The notes beneath the pieces are model-generated. The model made no database searches and was not told the origin of the DNA. It saw nothing but the letters and a program-made list of their open reading frames with translations. From NCBI GenBank assembly GCA_963848295.1, contig CAWKDB010000010.1:2752001-2816000 (forward strand): a stretch of DNA of 64,000 bases, read 5' to 3'. Source of the stretch: an uncultured delta proteobacterium. GTDB lineage: Bacteria; Myxococcota_A; Polyangia; Haliangiales; Haliangiaceae. The translations under genes were made by a program, and so were the position numbers. This document shows, in pieces, positions 59,560 to 64,000 of this stretch (position 1 is its first letter; each line of letters starts with the position of its first letter).

Positions 59560-59577
59560 GGCGCGACGTTACGCGAT

Positions 59578-59713
59578 CTGGGGACGGTGTTCACTTTGAC
59601 AACCGCGCGCGCGCGCGGTTGTCAAAGTGAACACCGTCCCCAGGTAAGTCCGCGTGATCGCAAGAAGGCGTCGCAGCGCGCGGTTGTCAAAGTGAACACC
59701 GTCCCCAGGTAAG
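59578..59713. repeat. REP-like cluster: perfect 66-bp palindrome plus a third copy of the arm
   Basis: 59578-59643 is self-complementary; 59611-59648 is identical to 59676-59713 (38 bp). Confidence 0.95.
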
Positions 59714-60220
59714 GAGGCGTTGTAACGATTCGGCTGGGGACTCGAGGTCGGTGCGCAGCTCGAGGTCGGGGGCGGGCGGCGGCTCGTAGGGATCGGAGAT
59801 GCCGGTGAAGCTCGGGAGGTCGCCCGCCCGCGCTCGCGCGTAGAGGCCTTTGACGTCGCGCGCCTCGACGGTGGCGAGCGGCGCATTGACGTAGATCTCG
59901 TAGAACGGGTGGCCGGCTGCGCGGCTGAGGTCGCGCAGCTCCCGGCGGGTCGCGGCGTAGGGCGAGATCGAGGAGACGATGACCAGCACGCCGTGGCGCG
60001 CGAGCAAGCGGGCGACGAAGCCGATGCGGCGGACGTTGGTGTCGCGGTCTTCGCGCGAGAAGCCGAGGCCGGCGGACAGGAAGGTGCGGACGTCATCGCC
60101 GTCGAGGAGCTCGACCGCGCGCGTCGGGGCGAGCGCGGCCGCGAGCGCGGCGGCGAGGGTGGACTTGCCGGCACCGGAGAGGCCGGTCAGCCACACGATT
60201 CCGCCGGTGGCCGTGGCCAC
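59687..60220 (-). CDS. cysC: Adenylyl-sulfate (APS) kinase
   Basis: [50 protein letters not shown]. Confidence 0.95.
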   Translation of the reverse strand: MATATGGIVWLTGLSGAGKSTLAAALAAALAPTRAVELLDGDDVRTFLSAGLGFSREDRDTNVRRIGFVARLLARHGVLVIVSSISPYAATRRELRDLSRAAGHPFYEIYVNAPLATVEARDVKGLYARARAGDLPSFTGISDPYEPPPAPDLELRTDLESPAESLQRLLTWGRCSL

Positions 60221-60222
60221 GA

Positions 60223-61602
60223 TCAGTCCGGAACGAGCTGGAGGCCGATTTGGAAGTTCGCCTCGGTCGCGTCGCCGTCTTTGTCGTGCGGGATCGGAAA
60301 CCGCCAGCTGCCCATCAAGCCGGTGATGCAATCGTCGACCTCGCCCGCGAACCCGTGCGCCGCACCCTTGGTCGTGCGACCGGTCTCGTTGATCGTCAGC
60401 GCGAGCATGACCTTGCCGCGCGCGCTCGCGTCCTTCTTCAAGTACTCCTTGTAGCAGCGCTTGAGTCCGGCCATGTACGCGGTCTGGATCTTCGCGAGCA
60501 CCGCGTCGGGCGTCAACGTCGTCTCGTCGAGCGCGTTCTTCTCTTGCACCGTGATGCGGCCGGTCGGCGCGTGCTCGACCTTCGGGCCGCCTGCGACGTC
60601 GATGCCGCCGCTGTTGATGTTCGGGCCGGTACCGGTGCCGACGCGAGGATCGCCATTGCCTCGGGACCCGCGCCCCGAGCCACCGCCGACCGCGACTTGC
60701 TTGCCGGTCTCTCTGACGTCGGCGATCTGCTGGCTGAGGTCAGCCCCGGGACGGCGCTTGCTCATGTCGCCTTCGCTCGTGCCGTTCGAGCCTTCGCCGG
60801 TGAGCAAGTCGGCCATCGCCTTGGCTTGATCTTCCTGCATCGCGACGTTCTGCTTCTGATCGCGACCGCTGTCCTCGGCCTTGGGCTGCGTCGGGGCCGT
60901 GGGCTTCACGACCTTCGTCTCCGCCGCCTTCTTGTCGCCGGTGTCGGCCGGGGTCGCGACCGCGGGTTGCGCCGGCGGTTGCTGGTACGTCGGTTGATTG
61001 AAGGTGACGTCGTACGCGGTCTCGATCGTGCCGGTGCCCCTTTCGGGGTCGATCGACCAGGCGACGATCACGATCGCGAAGTGGATGATGATCGACGCGC
61101 CGAGGATCACCGACAGTCGCGGATCGAACCGATCGGCGAGCGTGCCGCGGACCGACGCGGGCAGCATCGGCTTGGGCTGGCGCGGCGGCTCGGTCACGAA
61201 CTGGAACAGCACCGTGAGGTCGCCGAGCGACAGCTTGCCGCGCGAGCTATCGCCGAGCGGAATCTGCCAGTAGCCGCCCATCTGCTGCGCGCCGCGGCCC
61301 TTGAGCACGTCGAGCGTGTTGACGTTGCCGCCATCGGATAGGCGGCCGTCCATGTTGTTGAGGAACCGCAGGTAGTACTTGCCCTGATCAAGCGCGAACA
61401 GCGTGAACTCGAGCGGCAGGCTCTCGATCGGGATCGAGAACGTGTTCTTCATCGACTGACCGATCGACACGCTCGTGCGCTCGCGGATCAGGCGCTCTTC
61501 GACGATCTTGCCGCCGAGCAACACGCCGATCCGCAGGATGCGTTGCCGATTGCCCGCGGCCGGGTTCGGTGCAGCACTGCCGGGCGGGCGCGGCGTCGCC
61601 AT
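60223..61602 (-). CDS. gltG: Gliding-motility GltG/PglI-like protein
   Basis: FHA-like N-terminus, single TM, Gly-rich linker, TonB-C-like domain ([13 protein letters not shown]...RGKV...CI...WRFP); fourth gene of a gltDEFG-like operon. Confidence 0.75.
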   Translation of the reverse strand: MATPRPPGSAAPNPAAGNRQRILRIGVLLGGKIVEERLIRERTSVSIGQSMKNTFSIPIESLPLEFTLFALDQGKYYLRFLNNMDGRLSDGGNVNTLDVLKGRGAQQMGGYWQIPLGDSSRGKLSLGDLTVLFQFVTEPPRQPKPMLPASVRGTLADRFDPRLSVILGASIIIHFAIVIVAWSIDPERGTGTIETAYDVTFNQPTYQQPPAQPAVATPADTGDKKAAETKVVKPTAPTQPKAEDSGRDQKQNVAMQEDQAKAMADLLTGEGSNGTSEGDMSKRRPGADLSQQIADVRETGKQVAVGGGSGRGSRGNGDPRVGTGTGPNINSGGIDVAGGPKVEHAPTGRITVQEKNALDETTLTPDAVLAKIQTAYMAGLKRCYKEYLKKDASARGKVMLALTINETGRTTKGAAHGFAGEVDDCITGLMGSWRFPIPHDKDGDATEANFQIGLQLVPD

Positions 61603-61940
61603 TAGAACGGAGCCTTCTTCACGCTTTGAATGATCAGCGGCATGAAGTCCTGCTTGAGGCTCTCCCACTCGTAGCCGATGTCACGCGGGGTCGCGACGTA
61701 CACGACGCTCGGCCGCGGGACCTTGCCGCACACCGCGACGACCGTGTCGATCACCGTGACCGGCTTGCCGTTCTGATACTCGATGTGGAACTTGCCCTGT
61801 TTCTTCTCGCTGCCAACCGTGTCGTCTTCTTGGCAGCCTTCAGGGGCCGCGTGAGCGCGCGGAATCGCGACGCTCGTGGCGAGCACGACCGCGAGCCCGA
61901 GCGACCAGAAGCGCAACAGAGATCGCATGGTGGAGATCAT
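61602..61940 (-). CDS. gltF: Gliding-motility GltF-like small secreted protein
   Basis: Signal peptide, V.GKVPRP...Y, DFMPLIIQSVKKAPF; lies between the TPR lipoprotein and gltG. Confidence 0.62.
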   Translation of the reverse strand: MISTMRSLLRFWSLGLAVVLATSVAIPRAHAAPEGCQEDDTVGSEKKQGKFHIEYQNGKPVTVIDTVVAVCGKVPRPSVVYVATPRDIGYEWESLKQDFMPLIIQSVKKAPF

Positions 61941-63022
61941 GATTTACCTGCTGCCTTCGCGCTAGCCTTTGCTCGCTTGGACGCGCGCTTGAGCGCCTTG
62001 TCGACGTCCTTCATCCGCTCGGCGTACAGCTTGATGTCGACGCCCGGCATGTTCTTGTACTGATCCAAGAACCCTTTCGCGGCGTTGAGCCGGGCCATCG
62101 TATCGAGCGAGCCGCCGCCCGATGGGAACGGGTCGGCGTCGAGATAGAGCAACGCGAGGTTGTAGGCCGCCGGCCCGTAGTTCGGGTTGACCGCCAGCGC
62201 GCGCCGGTACGTCGCCTCGGCGGTCGTGATCAGCGTGTTGCGATCGGCCGATCCGACCGGGTAGTCCACCGAGTGGCCGCGATAGGCCGACCCCAACGAC
62301 GTCAACGTGACCGCATCGGCGCGCCCGAGCTGCTTGGTCAGCTTCTCGAACGTCGCCTGCGCCTCGGTGTACTGCTTGTTCTCGAGCTGGTGCTCGCCGA
62401 GGTCGACGAGCGCGCTCGCAAAGTTCGGGTTGATCTTCACCGCGCTCTGAAACGCGAGCACGGCCTGCTCGGGACGATTCGTGTGGTCGTAGACCAGGCC
62501 GTAGACATAGAACACGTTCGCGTTCTCTTTCGCCGGCGGGCGCTTGAACACGTCGTCGAGCACGAGCTCGGCGGTGTCGTACTTCTTCTGGTGGTAGTAC
62601 GCGAACGCGACCATCGCGGCCGCGTCGATGTTCGAGGCATCGATCGTGAGCGCATCGCGGGCCTCGCGCAGCGCGCGATCGGGATCCGGGGTCGGAGCCT
62701 CGAGCGCCTGACGGGCGACCTCGAGCAGGCGATCGACCTGCGCCTTGGCTTGCACCGGATCGGGGTCGGCGTTCGGCAGCGGGACGCTCATCGCCGGATC
62801 GGGCGGCAACGGCGCGACCGGGCCGCCCGCTGCCATCGAGTTGCTGCCGGCCGCACCACCCGCGCTGTCCGGACCGCTCGGCGGCGTCGTGGTGCCGGTC
62901 ATGCCGCCGCCGGCTTCATCGCCGCTGCCGGCCGTCGCGGTCGGCGGGGTCGTCGGGCCGGTCTTCGGACTGCCACCGCACGCGACGAGCGCGGCGAACA
63001 GGAAGGTTGCGAGCGTCTTCAT
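61937..63022 (-). CDS. gltE: TPR lipoprotein, GltE/AglT-like
   Basis: Lipobox LVA-C, Pro/Gly-rich linker, TPR units (AVKINPNFASA, ALAVNPNYGPAAYNLALLYLD). Confidence 0.68.
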   Translation of the reverse strand: MKTLATFLFAALVACGGSPKTGPTTPPTATAGSGDEAGGGMTGTTTPPSGPDSAGGAAGSNSMAAGGPVAPLPPDPAMSVPLPNADPDPVQAKAQVDRLLEVARQALEAPTPDPDRALREARDALTIDASNIDAAAMVAFAYYHQKKYDTAELVLDDVFKRPPAKENANVFYVYGLVYDHTNRPEQAVLAFQSAVKINPNFASALVDLGEHQLENKQYTEAQATFEKLTKQLGRADAVTLTSLGSAYRGHSVDYPVGSADRNTLITTAEATYRRALAVNPNYGPAAYNLALLYLDADPFPSGGGSLDTMARLNAAKGFLDQYKNMPGVDIKLYAERMKDVDKALKRASKRAKASAKAAGKS

Positions 63023-64000
63023 GGCCGATCCGTTCCTTCCACCAGCTCCTGGCGCAGCACGTGGAACTCGTCCGGGAACTCGCGCGCGAGGTTCTCGACC
63101 GCGTGCTGGCTCCACTTGTTCGAGATCCCGCCGGCCTTCGCCTTCTCGTAGACGTCTTGCCAGTCGGCCTTCGCCTCGTCGAGATCCTTCTTCAACGCCG
63201 CATCGCGCGCACCTTCGAACGCGGCGACGACGTCATCGTTGCCCTGGATGATCTTCGGGATCGGGAAGTTCGCGATCTTCTGCGCGCGGTCGTACTGGAT
63301 GTCTCCGAACCGAACCTTCGCCGCCATCGACGCCTCGAGCACGCCGAACTGATCGAGGTCGATGTAATAGTCTTCGGCTTTCTTGCGCGTCGACTCGATC
63401 GAGCCCTTCTGCGCTTCGATCTGCGCCTTGACCTGCTTGATCTTGCTGCTCGTGATCTGCCGCGTGATCTGCAGCGGCGACCACACGCGGTCGTAGTAGT
63501 CCTCGGCGATGTTGATCGCGAACTGCGCGGCGAGCTTCGCGCCCTTCGAGCCCTTCGTCGCGCCGTGCGACTTCCACGCGTCGATCGCGTCCTTCTCCGC
63601 CGCCTTGGCCAGGCCGGTGCGGCCCTTGCGGTGCCACAGCTCGGCGGTATCGGCGTACGACTTGACGTAGTCGTCTTCGTTGCCGGCGTCGCGACCGTAG
63701 CGCGAGCGCCAGCGATCGAGCGCGTCGACCATGCTGCTCACGTCACCCGCCTGGCGATAGATGCCGGCGATCGACCACTGAGCGCGATCCTGCTTGCGGT
63801 GATCGGGCTCGATCCGCAGGTACTGGCCGTAGAGCTCGACCGATTTCTTGAAGTCGCGATTGAGCTCCGCGGCGAACGCGGCGTTGTAGATCGCGTCGAG
63901 CCCGATCTCGTCGAGCGTGCGCGGCTTCTCACCCGGCAACGGCTCCGGTGCCTTGATGCCGAGGCGCTTCGCCTTCTTCGTGGTGTCGTAGAGATCGAGG
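63019..64000 (-). CDS. gltD: Large TPR protein, GltD/AgmU-like, C-terminal part (5' end outside window)
   Basis: Frame open to the window end; TPR-like helices; NKWSQHA...L....PDEF C-terminus; ATGA overlap with the gltE-like gene. Confidence 0.65.
   Translation of the reverse strand, partial: LDLYDTTKKAKRLGIKAPEPLPGEKPRTLDEIGLDAIYNAAFAAELNRDFKKSVELYGQYLRIEPDHRKQDRAQWSIAGIYRQAGDVSSMVDALDRWRSRYGRDAGNEDDYVKSYADTAELWHRKGRTGLAKAAEKDAIDAWKSHGATKGSKGAKLAAQFAINIAEDYYDRVWSPLQITRQITSSKIKQVKAQIEAQKGSIESTRKKAEDYYIDLDQFGVLEASMAAKVRFGDIQYDRAQKIANFPIPKIIQGNDDVVAAFEGARDAALKKDLDEAKADWQDVYEKAKAGGISNKWSQHAVENLAREFPDEFHVLRQELVEGTDRP

Noticed and set aside
58135..59712. 525-aa plus-strand ORF
   Set aside because: Antisense shadow of ugd; Arg/Ala-rich with no motifs, as expected in high-GC DNA.
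59611..59713. Repeat-spacer-repeat (38/27/38 bp) as a mini CRISPR array
   Set aside because: Only two direct copies, a third copy is inverted, one repeat overlaps cysC, and no cas genes or leader are in the window.
1..64000. tRNA, rRNA, riboswitch, integrase or phage structural genes
   Set aside because: None recognisable by eye; intergenic gaps are short. A covariance-model scan was not possible.

Overview
GC-rich bacterial DNA, most likely from a myxobacterium. The evidence is a gltD-E-F-G-like gliding operon, a Hanks-type kinase-TPR gene, and a short OPX paired with a beta-barrel exporter. Positions ~1.2-45.6 kb form a mosaic, multi-orientation surface-glycan locus. Its export and assembly genes are Wzc, a short OPX, a Wzp/EpsX-like beta-barrel, a Wzm/Wzt ABC transporter and two WaaL/Wzy-like proteins; no Wzx is visible. 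It also carries 7 glycosyltransferases, a PglC/PglE/PglF-like initiation set, 2 sulfotransferases, 5 SAM methyltransferases, 3 polysaccharide deacetylases, 2 GNATs, a CapK-like ligase, three secreted lipoproteins and a 3'-truncated ISAzo13-family IS. To the right, between two gltG-like paralogues, lie cysD/cysN/cysC (PAPS supply), ugd, an epimerase and two unexplained two-gene cassettes: an HxH protein with a DUF1828-like protein, and a CoiA-like nuclease with a six-repeat helical protein. Small-scale features are a 13-bp tandem duplication that frameshifts a HEPN gene, a 15-bp duplication at the IS end, a MIRU-like coupling mini-ORF between cysD and cysN, a perfect 66-bp palindrome with a third arm copy, and a TTGAC-N8-GTCAA motif in three divergent promoter regions. 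Several single-base frameshifts may be sequencing errors. All family assignments come from recognising motifs by eye; no searches were run.
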